Shown here: positions 21,008-34,746 of the stretch, piece by piece
Layout of the letters: every line of letters starts with the position of its first letter
How positions within the stretch are numbered: the first letter of the stretch is position 1
Origin: Tubulanus polymorphus
Lineage: Eukaryota > Animalia > Nemertea
DNA: 64,000 bases
Assembly (NCBI RefSeq): GCF_964204645.1
Contig: NC_134031.1
Coordinates: 17,719,807-17,783,806 of the forward strand
Direction of reading: 5' to 3'
The notes under the pieces: generated by a model
Told to the model about the DNA's origin: nothing
Databases searched by the model: none
Seen by the model: the letters and a program-made list of their open reading frames with translations, nothing else
Made by a program: the position numbers and the translations under genes

Positions 21008-24000
21008 TGTCGAGCAAAGAGTTTGTTAATCTCTTCTTTGAGAAGCGTCTCGTGCGTGTAATTCTAAGAAGTGCTAAAGATCATTTTTAATGAAATGCTT
21101 CTCCCGGTAAAATATTATACGTGCGGCTTCTTGTTGCGCCTATTTTTAGTCAGTGAATTATATCCGTATTTACGAATAGGATTTTTTTTTGTTTTTACAA
21201 TCGATTCTGCAGAGTAAATATATAAACGCGATAAGCCAACATTTCAGGTTTCGACTGTAAACGGCCAAGGTCTGTACTGCTTAAACGACAGCTTGTGCGT
21301 AATTTAGGTTAACTTTGCGTCGTTGATTTGAAAGTGTTGGCCACCAGCCCACTGTTCTGAAAGCAAATAAAACACAATAAAAATACGATGACATTCATTC
21401 ATTATCAATTATGAAAAGAAGTCGAGCGAATTTGAGTTTATTGAAGAATGCTAAGTGATCGACCAATATGTACATATATGAATTTAATTTATGAAATGCA
21501 CGTAGCGGGCTTTACCGAAAAAAAAGTATACGAGTTGTACATGTACGATGAAATTCGGTCAGCTCAATTTTTCGAGGATATCCGGCGGGTTCCGGGTAAA
21601 TGTTACATCGCGTGGTTCTCGGTGATTCAGAGCGCGTCGGTATTTGATACCGCATAACCTTCGTATCGGTTCTGTCGATTTGTCTATAGCCAAGCTTCGT
21701 GTTGCATATGCTGTTGTATATAATACGGTATCTAAGATGGAGACAAAAAAATGAACTGGAAATCTCGCGCTATCCAAAACGATCTAATCGTTGCGGTGTT
21801 TTCTCACAAATGTATTGAACCAATTTCTAATCAAATGTTACTTGAAACATTTCAGCATTTTTGTATTTACTGGGGATGAAATGTGTAAAAGTGCACTGCG
21901 ACTAAGTCGAAATTATTGAGGGTCGGTTGCCTCGTTTTTTATTTTACAATAAAATGGCCGACGAAGTTGGCTTCGTGCAGTAATTTTGCTTGTAAATTCG
22001 TTTTCTAAAGATTTATTGTCTTGGCTACGAGATTGTCATTTAGCTTAAGAAAACTCTAGACGTGATGCTGCTTGGGAATCATCGACTAATTGTATATACG
22101 CATTTTGTATGCATTACATATTATATATAAGGATAGCGAAAAGTAAGTTTATCTGTGGTTTTATAGGCAACCGACCGCTTAAAACAACATTTCATTTTTT
22201 CGTTGTTCGTTATAGAATTGTCCATGAAATGGTCAAAAAGTCGACACTAATAGTAAGGGTGATAATTATGATTATGATGATTATAATTCATTTGAAGCGT
22301 GAGTGTCATCTAACGGAAGCAGGGTTAGGCTTGTTATTACATTCGATGAAGTGCAGATCAACGCGTCAATAAATAAGAACTTGTGTGTGTGTGTATATTG
22401 TATAACGATTTAACGGAATTTGACGATTGTAATAATGATGTGATTTGTCGAATGTTGGTGAAAAAAAACATACTTCGTTTATGGATCTCTATCGTAGTTG
22501 TTCGTGTAAATAAATAAACAATTTTTGTATAAAAAGTACACCATAGATCATTCTCTTTTTTCTTTCTGTCTGCAGACGCGGGCGACTAGATAACAGACAC
22601 ACGCGCGACTTTATGAAAAAGATCAATCGTCGTTTGTTTCACCTTGGCGTAAAAATGGGACAGCTTCGCAAGCAAATGAAGTCATGAAACTTGTTTTGGC
22701 GTATGGTATTACGTACTTAGATATATTCATATACGATAGATTGTACATAAATCTATCTATCTGAATCACAGGAACTAAGGCCGCAGAACAAAGCGAAAAT
22801 ATATGCACTCAAACACACTTGCCACCGCAATATACGTGTATACGACATTCAAACTGAGGAGGAGTTAATAACCAGAGTGTTGTTCGACCTTAGGGGTCAG
22901 AACTTTCCTGACCGCGCATTGACATCGGCGTACTTGGTCAAAATGGACAATGGAAATAAGCGCTTGACCGATGGTGTCCATGGTACTTACTGAGAAATTT
23001 GCCACCGCATCATGACCGAACGTGTGAATATGTAGGCGGCCCCTCGGATTAAAAATGAAAGGGCACATAGATCTAATCAGACGACCCGGCCTTTTTATAG
23101 CATTTAAGTCTGTGCCGAACTATAGGGCCTATATAGTTCGACACAGACTAAAAACCTGTTCACCGAATCAATAACAATTCTGAATGAAAAATATGTCACA
23201 AATTCATGTATACAGCCTTGAAAAACCTGAACTAGAATTCTATGCAGCACAAATAAGTCGCGTTGCCAAAAGAATTAAAAACAGGATATCTATTTTGATC
23301 TACTTTCATCATACCAGCTTATCAATAAAACTATTGTTCACGTTACATTTAAATAGTGCACTAGACCCATATTTATAATGTACATATATATTGCTTTCCA
23401 TATTAGCCTGCGACATCTTGACGTCTAGTTATAGGGCGGTATGTTATTATGGGACAGCAGGCTTTATGGATAGAATTTGAGTCAGAGATTTGCTATCCAT
23501 GCAAATATAATTTGAAAATAACAATGTCAGATCATCAAGACAAAATTCAAAACCCAGTCACTTATTTGCTTATCCAAGCCAAGGTCACCATGCCTCATCC
23601 CGCAGAGAATATAAGAATACAAGTTGTTTTCGTCAAAATATGTTATTGAAGACTAAGAATGAGTAGACTTTTTAACGACGCCACCGCGGCTGTTTGTCAA
23701 GCGATCGACAAGGTCATACGTGACCTTAGTCTGTGTGGCAATATATCGTCTGATGTTCCATTGCAGACGACATTGCATAACTCAATTAATCTTAGATACA
23801 TTAGTCAGCTTAAAAATAGTTGACGTCGAAGTAAACTGTGCCAGACACACGATATGTGCATCCATCATCATTCATTTTTGTAGCCACATCACTCGGTTGC
23901 ATCTTGATCACGTCAACATTGCGCAACCCTCAAACACAAAACTAAAATTTACATCGCCTTTTATTGGATTCGTCGACCTTGTACGTATGTCTGGCAGTGC

Positions 24001-27000
24001 ATTGCTTTCTTGATCCAACACTAACTCTACCATTTTCCATCGGAAAATTCTCTCAAGGTCCCAGGCAATCTGAGAGTAAGAGTACTCGATGAACCAACGG
24101 CGATAGACGCACCGAGATCGAGTGTTCGTTGACCACAGAACGTATCGTAAAAATCATAATACGGATATCGTAACTTTTACATCAATTACTTGCGCACAAA
24201 ATGCTAGTGAAATGTCGATGAAGCGCACTAGATGACATCGGGGTGTTGTCTGCCGAATGACTCCATAAAAGCATTTATGTCAAGGTTAGTTTTTGTAAAC
24301 CTGCGATAAAATACTAGGCAGATTTTGACTCAGTTGCGAGTCAGCCGCATGCGCGCATAATAGTTTTTGTTATTCGCTGGTTCGATACTGAAACGCGATG
24401 ACTGTCGAACTTCAACTAATGGAAGATCGAAACGTTTCCGTGACTGAAACAATTAAGATTACACTTGTTTCATTGCGATTATGCCACAGAAATGACCAAA
24501 AAGTAACCCTAATGTGAGATGTCCCCGCGATCGATGACCTCCGAAAGGTGACATACAGCAGTGCTGCGTGTACCAGCCTTGACCATCATAATGCATGTAC
24601 GCATATATGTATGAAAGGCTTGGTGAAGTAATTAATCGTTCAGTAGCCGGTGGATGACCCAGGAATTTCATAACAGCACCCGTGTGATTAAAAGACAGAC
24701 ACATATATGTGTGTGTATAATTCAACCTCGATCTACATGGTGTCATCGCGAGGTCACTTATCAAAATCAAATCAAATACTATCAAATATTATCACTTCAA
24801 TTGAATGATCATTTTCAAGAGATCCGTGATAAATTATGTGGCCTATGTTTTGACGTTTGATAGGTGTATTCATATGTCGTCAGAAATCAGAATACGTATT
24901 ATCAATGTCAGGCCTATACTGGGATTTCCCCTATAACATAGGTCTGAAGATAAATTCTGTCAACTAAGGGAATTAAATTTTTACACATATCTTTCCTGTG
25001 TTCAAAAGTTCGTTGAAGAATATCTGGTATTTGAAAGTTTTCGGGTTGTAAACACCAGTCAATGAAAGTATATGATGACACTAGGTTTTGTTAGTATCTG
25101 GGTAGTTAGGAATACCTTACATAAAGGACTATTCAATTGTAGATATGGTGCCCTTGACCGCACCTTAATTTTTTGTTGTTTACGCATACTACGATTTCAA
25201 GTCGAACTGGCTTTTCTTGGTAAATTGTATTGCAAACAAGGTCATAGCTACGATCTGGTCTCTCCTTAAGAAAATAACTTTTTAGAAAAAAGATCAAAAC
25301 GATTCTCGCAAACAAAAAAACATTTTCATCTGTTTTACACTGTCAGGGTCACAAATAAATTCTCAAGTAAACGGATTGTGGTTGAGTCGCGACGAAGTGG
25401 TTGAGTCGCAGAAGGGATTTTTGCTCGCTCTATTGCAAAATAAGACATTCGCGGCATAGAAAAAAAATCAGCGAACGGCCAGGGATCGCTTGTCGGTCAT
25501 AAACCAGGTCTTACCAATACGAATGCGAAAGTATGATTTGAAAACCGTAAAAACCGTGATACCTAGTACACGTTATTTAAGGGGTTCTTTGTGGGTGGAT
25601 GTGCATTACGCCGTCGATATATGCGTTTCATAATAACAATTACAATTGTGAATTTTGGCGTTTATTTTGTAATTAGATATATATATTTCATAAGTCCCAT
25701 TTTGTTGTTGGATAAATGTAATAATTATCTAACTGATTAATTAATAATCATTTAATTATCTAGACTGGTTGCCGTGCAATCCAAGGTTACTTCTTTGTTA
25801 CTTATGTAATTCATAGTATGATATTATTCATTGTCGACAAAACAATATATGCGTTATTTTTCAAGGCGTCAAAAAACATTCAAGTCACGTTCCTTGTTCA
25901 TTGGCAGCATTCGAATAAATATATCCATATTGGTTTTTGTTCAGATCCAGTGATTCTACCTATCTCTATAAACTAGGTATACGGAAGTGATAGATGTGTA
26001 TGGTGTTTGTTATCTAATGCCATATTGCAGTCATCTGTCTAACAGTAACAGTTGTTCTTTTGAATATTGAAATAAGAACGATTGTCCCTCTGAATCATTT
26101 GATTTGATCGATTCCTACTTGGTGTGACCCATACCTGCCCGGAAGCGGATCGATTTGGAATCGGAAATCGACGTACAATAGTCGATCGAATCGACAAAGA
26201 TGTATTTCTCTTTTTAACCGACAAACGTTTAACAGGTTCGGATTATCATTTCTACTTCTGTTGTCTGACGAAATACATATCGAGATTTGGAAATAACTGC
26301 ATTTATAGAAGGTTAAGATCATATTGTCCGTTTTTATATCTTTCTATTCGTTTTTTTGTCTTTTTCCACGTGTATAAATCTTATCAAGTCTATGTGCAAA
26401 CGGCTTCAATTCCACATTGTGTAGTGCAATAAGAACAGTTTATCAAATAAATGTATAAATACATGGGATCAATAATTAAGCTTGTCCTTATGCAGTTTTA
26501 TTGAATTAACTAGTTTTAGATGAATCCTTGTTGCAGCTATTTCAAGATGAGGTTACTGGCAGGTTAAATCGTACCAAAGGCGTGCCGTATGACATTCCTA
26601 TTTTGTTGTATCCCCGATGTTGAACTCGCCTTGACATTTTCAGTCCTTTGGAACCGTCTTGGCCATCAATAGTTTTGCGGTCAACAAAAGTGAAGCGTTT
26701 TTCAGTTCTTATATAAACACATCCGGTTTAGAAATATATACAAAAATTTTTTTCAACGCGCAAGCAAGTCGTGTGAATTCAATAATTAATGAATATGAAA
26801 TATATATATTTTTTCATTTGTTTGTTATTGAGTTTTCGCACATATCTCCATAGATTCCCGTCCTATATTGTCCAACTGTTATTCCATTATTGATTCTTCA
26901 GCTGATATGAACGTCTGGTTCAATGACAAGGACGATTAGTAGCGACACGTGCTTACCTACCCTTGAACGTTTGTCGCACGCAAAGTCTTGTGCAATGTAT

Positions 27001-27205
27001 ACGTAGATGAAAAAAGTGAAAACGCATGTTGGGTATTTCACAAAATGAAATATTAGTATATGTATAGAGTGTTATTACATTTCATATTCTTAAGGGATCG
27101 GCAGATGAACTTCTAGTTTCTTCACACTCACGTGTTATGCGACCAACATGCGTTGTTGCATCGCGCACGGCATCATCAGTATTTGTTGTTGTCGCTTCTG
27201 ATTGT

Positions 27206-27207
<2 letters not shown>

Positions 27208-27303
<96 letters not shown>
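27208..27303. repeat. (TA)n microsatellite
   Basis: About 95 bp of nearly pure TA repeat. Confidence 0.97.
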
Positions 27304-30300
27304 AACTTTATTGTCGAAGTATTACAACAACTTTTATGACAAAATTAACATAATATCATAATTAATCGGAGACAGACAGTTTGTGTTCTCCAAATCATGT
27401 AGGTTGAAATCAATTTACCAGAGAATAATTAAATGACATGGAGAACTTACAACACAGAATGGAAATTGCGAGTAAATAACTACATACACTTGAAGATACA
27501 AACAGTTAGCGTTCAAGACGCGATATTCAGTTACTAATCTCGGACCAATGCCCGTAAGATTTTTGAATAATCGACATGAATTAATAAACGTAAAAGACTT
27601 AGAGTGTATTCTTGTGATGTAAATTCAATGATGACGATAACAACGAATTTCAGAAATAATGATGATAATTGTTCTCAAGGTAAGTGTGGTGATCGTGAAT
27701 TAAAATGTATCATTGCATATTATCGTGATGCATGGAACTTATGAGGTCACGATAGAACTCATAGTGTAGGTAATGAATTTCTGGGAGGATTGTAGCTAAG
27801 CCCAACACGGGGCTCATTGGCGTTGGTCTTTTTTATCAGACGTATATCATCAATGGGTGTAACGTATCATAGCGACGGGTATTATTGAGTTGATAGTCGT
27901 CGATACGAGCAGACGCGAGGTGCACATTCACCAACAAGCCGTATTATATTGATCTCCTAACATCCAATAGATCAATCTGATGTGAAAATCTATTTCTAGT
28001 CGCGCTGAATGAATCAATTCATCTCAGTAGTTTTTAAGGCTATACAAGTACATTGCTTATACATTATTCGCAATCATGAATAGTATTTTTAGGAGTAATT
28101 TTCTTCTCTGTATACGTACGATACGTTGCTGCATCCAAATATGGCATTGACCAGGTGGATATACGTATAAACTTCTATTGTGACCAAAACTTCATTAAGA
28201 CTAATCTCTTTGATTTTTTGCCAAACTTAGGCCTACTTAGTTCTAAGCGTTTTCGACGGAAAAAAAACAAAACAAAAATACGTACTACACGTTAGTGCAG
28301 TCATTTTTCGCGCTATGTGACGTCAATACGATCGAGTTGTACGCCCATTGACTCGACGCCAGCTAGTTTTCAGCTCGGTTTCTCTACCTCAGTGTTATTA
28401 CGATCGAACGCCATCAATCTCATCTGAATGCATTACCGACGACCTTCACAGTCGCTTTTGAGGTCAGACGCAGACGCAATCGCGCGCATACGCAAGGTCA
28501 CTTTTTATAGTTTGCTTGAATGGCAATTTTTGTCGTTTGCAATCTTTCCTTAGTATTGACAGCTATCGGGCTCGTCTACATCTTGTTAACTCATATAATT
28601 GATGTATCTTAAAACTGCTCGTATTTGTCGCTAGCTGCCAACGCGGCAGCGGGCACGTCGAAAAGGATTTGCCAATAAAAAAACCTGCTCGAAAATTCCC
28701 CTCGTCCATCGCCTAGCGGGAGTACGCCAGGCAATTGCTTCGCAAAATTGCGTAATAGAAAAAACTATTCAGCAATATAATGCCTCCCTAATGGCTTCCA
28801 TGATATATTACCCGGCGGATCTGTCAGGATTCTGCAGACACGAGCCAGCCACGATGGATAAAGGAAAAAAGAAAATAAATGCAGGCAAAAAGTACGCATA
28901 ATAGGGGATATTTTTTGTTTTTTATTCCTAATGCTGTCTCGGTGTTATGCAAATCCAGAATATGGCGGATGACGGATTCGACTGCTATCTAGCTGCTGTG
29001 TCCTCGTTGTTAGAAAAACACGACAGATTTTTGAAATGAAAAAATCATAGCTGACCTACATCGCAAAAAATAAATGCAAAGTAAAATTCGATGCAAATCA
29101 TGGAGAAAATATATATTAGCGCGTAGATCTTTGCCATAGATTTATTCAGGGTATAAGGTCGAGGTTATTCACAAATAATTATTTATAAAATAAAGATCAA
29201 TCAATAACTCAATATCACGGCTATATCAAATAGTTGATCAATAGTTTGATTTTATTTTCCTAGCGATGAATCAAAGTTTCTTTCTAGTTGTGCCTCTTTA
29301 ATGTTGATATGTTATATCATCTATGAAAAGTAAGAAAAAAAAACATGGTGCTTCGTTTTCGGCCAATCGCCGACAACATTCCTCTATCTGAAATGCCGAC
29401 AGGGTCCCTAACAGAGGATGGTTACATAACATTATTTAGAGAAGTGTATCGTTTCACCTTCGATTTGTAAATCAATACCACCCCTGTGTACCAAAACGTG
29501 TTTCCATGGTAACTACATTACTGTCGTTTGGTTTTTTCCCTCGGATTTGCGTCAAGGACGCAAGAACGCGCGCGACGCTTGTGATGACGACGGCGGTTAT
29601 TTGGAGTACCGAGATTGGATTCGAGTGTTTCCGTGAATAAGTCGACGGGCGCGTGTGATTGAGTGATGGTTCATCTGGTGCAGTGACAATATTCTCTCGG
29701 GTCAACAAAAAAATGATGTCGTTCACCGCCACGTTGAGAAAATACGTTCGACGTGCTCGATGGAGCTTTTTCTACATTACATAGCATCAAGATACGTTAT
29801 GTATTTTTGATAGCATCGAAAAGTGTCGTGACACGCAAATTTAGATACACCCCTGGTCAGTCTATGAATATTCGAAACTGCGATTCATGATGACTTGAAA
29901 TGAAGGTTTTCCCGAACCTTTTAAGACGACAGTTTCTAACGATAACTTTACACCGACGGTCAGACAGACGCGCTCTCCACCCAGACGAGACGGTGTGTCT
30001 GAGTTTGAAATAAAAGATTAAGGATTTTTTATCATAGGATATTTCACCGTACACCATAATCTGTAAGACCCTGTATCTAAACCGCAGGCGAACATGCAGC
30101 GATGACGATGAATATATATGAGAGTACTGCAAATCGTGACAATATATCATGATAGTTTCGTGACATTTAGATTTTATGTATGTAGGTAATGAACATGGAG
30201 AAAAAGAATGTCTAAGATAAAGACACGCATTAAAGGGCGTGGTGATTACTCGACAAGAGCACCTCATCTCCGTGACCTTTCATTGTGACCTTGCAATGAC

Positions 30301-33300
30301 ATGTAGCGTTCCACGACCCGACAATAATTATACGGTCGCCATTAATCCAAATATATTCAGACATTTATATCATAAGATCACTTTCTATTTTTTGCACGCC
30401 GAAACCATAGAAAAATCCTTGACTGTTTCAACGCGGTTTCAGAAATTCATAACCCTGTATTTATTGAAATATTGTTGATGATTATCAAACGGGTAATTTC
30501 GTTTCGCCTCTCTTTCATATGGCACTAATCAGCGACAGAAATGTTAGACACGTGTTCATCAATTAAACCTATACGTAAACACATTTTTTATCTTTAGTTG
30601 ATTAATGAATAGTGAGCGCGATGATAGGAGATATTTTTCTTGTTGATGCTTTGTTGATCATTTCATGCGAGACTGACAGCTCGAGATATTTTTACGGTTG
30701 CGCTGTCGCGCCTTTTCGTTGAATAATGCGGCTTAGAAAATACATCCCCGCAAGCTTACGCAGGCTCTGCGATCGAGATTGTACCGAGACGTTTGAAGGT
30801 AAACCGTCTGTTTCCTGGAATCTCGTCTGCTTTCAGGTGACACAGAATTGATACACAAAAAAATTCAAAGTCTGCTTGCAGACATTCACTTTTTAAGCGA
30901 TGAAAAGTCATTACATTCAGTATATATTTACAATATCAAGCCTGCTTCGATTCATTAAACATTAATCAGCATATTAGTCTGAGCTATCACAGAATACTGT
31001 TTAAGAATGAATATCTGATGAATTTGATAGCTCGATGTTTTATCATACTTTGCTTGTATACATTCTGTTACACGGTATGATTATGGCATGACGAATAAAT
31101 CATTGAATCGAAAGTTTTTTTTCATATAGAGGAAATTCCAAAAACGAGACTCTCTTGTCCGCTGTTTTAAAAATCCTCGTGGATCAGATACTATTATATC
31201 AAGTTATGTATAGGATCGACTTCATGTTGAAATTCAATTGGTCGAGTTTCCTTGTGTGGATCAAACCCTAGGACGCGCGTGGGACTACTGAGAAAATGAA
31301 ACACAATACAATCGTTTGTAAATATATTCACTTCGTGTCCTTCACATTTTCCCTTCGTAAAAGTCGTGTCACTCGAAGTGGTATTCGTTATTTTCTCCTA
31401 GCATCAGAATTCCGGGAAAACGCGATTAGATCACAAAGAAAAAGTGTCTTATTTTGTCATGGCACCGAAGAATATCTAATAGTATCCTGACATTTACTGA
31501 CACGAGTTTGCAAGAAGATTCACCCGTTCCATTTTCAAGAAATGTTACTATACACGTCTTCAGATCAAATGTTCAACTATCGCATAAACTGCTACCCGCG
31601 TATAACTCATCGTTATAAACACTTATACAAAGATCCTATTTTGACAGACACACTGGCATTGTCTGATCCACCAGCTGTATGTTTTGCCGTTTCAGTAATC
31701 ATGATCGTTTGTTTTGACATCGGATGAATGTAAAAATCGGATCATAAGGATCAAAATTAGTAGCTCGACACAATGATAAATAGTATGTTCAAGTTTAATC
31801 TACGTATATAAAATATACAATATAATACATGATAAGGTTCCTGTGACTCTATTGTAAATTTAAATGACGAAATGAATAAGTATATATTTTGATATATGCT
31901 GACATAAATAGGAATGCAAAGCAGGATAATAAACGTCGCAAACAGATTATAAAACAACGATAACTATAAGTGCAACGGAAAATATCATTGAATATATCAT
32001 TACAATTCTGAATTAAGTAGGAATTATTCGGTTCATAAATCATACAATTCAGCTATTCTCAAGATATTTCCATGACGAGTTTCTATTCAACCGTGTTTCC
32101 ACTAGAAAGAAACACAGTTTCAAACCTCTAGCAAAAGTTGAACAGATTATAATAGACTTACTTCTCAGAATTACATCATACTAATTCTAGGGTCTTTGGT
32201 TATGAATATACCTGAACGAAGTCAAACAGATAAACATTTTCCCCAAGTTTTTCTTTCAGGACGACTTGCCAAATTTACGACATTGGTAGCGGTATCAATT
32301 ATCAGTGATTTAACGCATCGTTGCGTATTCACGCAGGCCTATCTTTCGCTTCCTCGTTACGGGGCATTATTAACTTAGAGGACTTCTTCTACATCAACAT
32401 AATTATAACGGCCAAAAGAAAATTACAGTTACGAAACTATCATCGGACTATTTACACGTGGAAAACGCCCAAAAATATAGAAAATGATCTTCAACCTTGT
32501 TTTGTAGTTATTTCCAAAATTTCGATGTACTATTGAATTAAGCAGCCAAATTAACCTCAACCAGTCACTTGCCGGTTCAGGCTGGTCGGAAGATCGGAAC
32601 CGAAATGTCCAGGTGCTTCGATCTAAACAAAAAATTCTGTAATTCCACCCATCACGCAAATGTATCTGTTATCAAAAAGACACGAAAATCTATCTGGTAG
32701 AAAAAAGCGCCATGAAATATATCTATCAACGTCATTCACAATTCACAATTGTAATTGCTATCTAGAAACGCCAATATTGATGACGTAGTGTACATCCACT
32801 CACACGGATCCCTTAAATAATGCATACTAGTTATCCATGTATAAATCTATGATTATATCAACGGTTTTACGGCGTCAAAAAACTGTCTCATGACATTGTG
32901 TAAAATTCATTGAATTTTCTCATAAAATATTGCGATGACGATTTGGCAGCTGGTTTACCAAATGCGACGGCGGTCTATTCAACACACTAAACCACCTAAA
33001 TAAAAAAAAACGCGCAAGGTTAGGCTTCTATAATGCTGGATCATGTAACAAATATGAAACGTGTCGCCTTATTCATATTCAAATTTCATAGAAATGTTAT
33101 GTCACCGGGTGAGTTTGGCATAACCCGAGGTAAAGCTGGCATTTTATTCAGCTTGAGTTTATACCTCCATCCATGGATCATAGATAATTGTAGCATTTGA
33201 GAAATTTTGACTGATTCTTTATCGATAATTTCGAAATACTTTATATTTCGCCACATTACTACTTTTTATCTCCTTTCTCTCAAGAAAGAGAATTATTTTC

Positions 33301-33811
33301 GGTAGTCTTTGATCGGTCGCATCGTTATCACGTTTCTGAAACACATGTCTAACGTCAATCGGCTGCGTAAAAATGTCGATTTCAAACTGTCAAGGTCGTC
33401 ATGACGCGTGCCCCGACGTCGTGAAAAACTATTAGTTAGACTCCATGACAACCGGGGTAATATTCCAACTGTTCAAAAATATAGAAATCATATTCTAGGG
33501 CTATCGACCTCGCGGACAATATGGATCGGATTACTTCGACTCTCCTTATAAATATTTCGGTCAAGTAGACACGTTTCCCGATAGCTGCCTGGTTTTTCAA
33601 ATATTCAAATGATCTCATTTTGGTTGCGCGAGCCAGAGCAAATCGTGTGGAGTGATGCTCTATGAGGTTCAATGATCACTGAATCAAAAACTCAAAAAGA
33701 TGTTGTCCCCAAAACATCCAACAACAGACGCGTTAGTTTCTGGAGGAAATCATATTTTCAATAATCCCCAACATCACCAATCATATAATATATGATTGGT
33801 TTTATTTATTT

Positions 33812-33874
33812 TACGCATTTATTTTTCGCATGTAATTTTATATTATAAAATAACATGCGAAAAATAAATGCGTA
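33812..33874. repeat. Near-perfect palindrome, arms about 30 bp
   Basis: TACGCATTTATTTTTCGCATGTAATTTTATA / TATAAAATAACATGCGAAAAATAAATGCGTA. Confidence 0.85.
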
Positions 33875-34311
33875 CTATAAAGTATTTGTTGAACTGTGAA
33901 ATTAAAGACAGTTTTCACGCTGTACACGAAAGGCGGTTTGCCGCGTGAAAAGTCGAATGTTCTAACGCTTGTACGGCTGCTATATCTACGAATAATCACG
34001 AGAAACACTGCAACGTGACATTTTCAAAGAGATGGTTTTGAAATTATATAACATCGAAATAAAGGAAAAAACAAATTCTTGAAAACTAAGAATTTGAAAC
34101 CAATTCTTCCGCGACTTAGCAATAGGGGCCAGCGTCAAAAAATCGTGGTATGAATTGAATTGAAGTATTATCATAGAAATATATTCAAATAACAATACAA
34201 GTAATATATTTGAATAATATATAACATATACATATATATGTTTATTTTTATGTTTACACGTTTCCATTAGAATTCAATTAGACGATATAATTGAATATTC
34301 TCAATTCATCA

Positions 34312-34645
34312 TCATCCATGGCGGTTGATCCCCTCTGAAATAAATGATTCATACATCGTAACTTTCTTTACATCATTACTTTCTATTTTATATCGTTTAT
34401 GCAGATACCAACATATTATGCTGTATCTGTTCTCATAAAAGTAAACACTTACCAGAATTGTAACAACATTTGAGTCCATTGCACACACCCATGCCCAACA
34501 TTGTCTGCTCTCCAGGCGAGCAATTCTCCTTGCATATACCTGAAACCCCGTGATAAATGTAGCACGACGCCCCGGCGGTTGCCTCGGTGTAGGGCAGCAT
34601 CGAAAGAGCCACGATAGCAAAAACAAAGGCCAACATGTACTTCAT
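34312..34645 (-). CDS. Secreted beta-defensin-fold (six-Cys) peptide precursor, 71 aa. Exons 34645-34453 and 34334-34312.
   Basis: Signal peptide MKYMLAFVFAIVALSMLPYTEA, then C-x9-C-x3-C-x12-C-x4-CC with GIC. Donor G|gtaagt and acceptor tttcag| give ...CCYNSEGINRHG*. AATAAA follows at 34246-34241. Confidence 0.85.
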
Positions 34646-34715
34646 GTTTGTGCTGGGTAACCGAAAATCTAAACTGAATATTGCGGATTTATGATTAACA
34701 AATGAATATATATAC

Positions 34716-34746
<31 letters not shown>

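Noticed and set aside
27132-27353. ORF with a YIYIYI run
   Set aside because: Translation of the (TA)n microsatellite.
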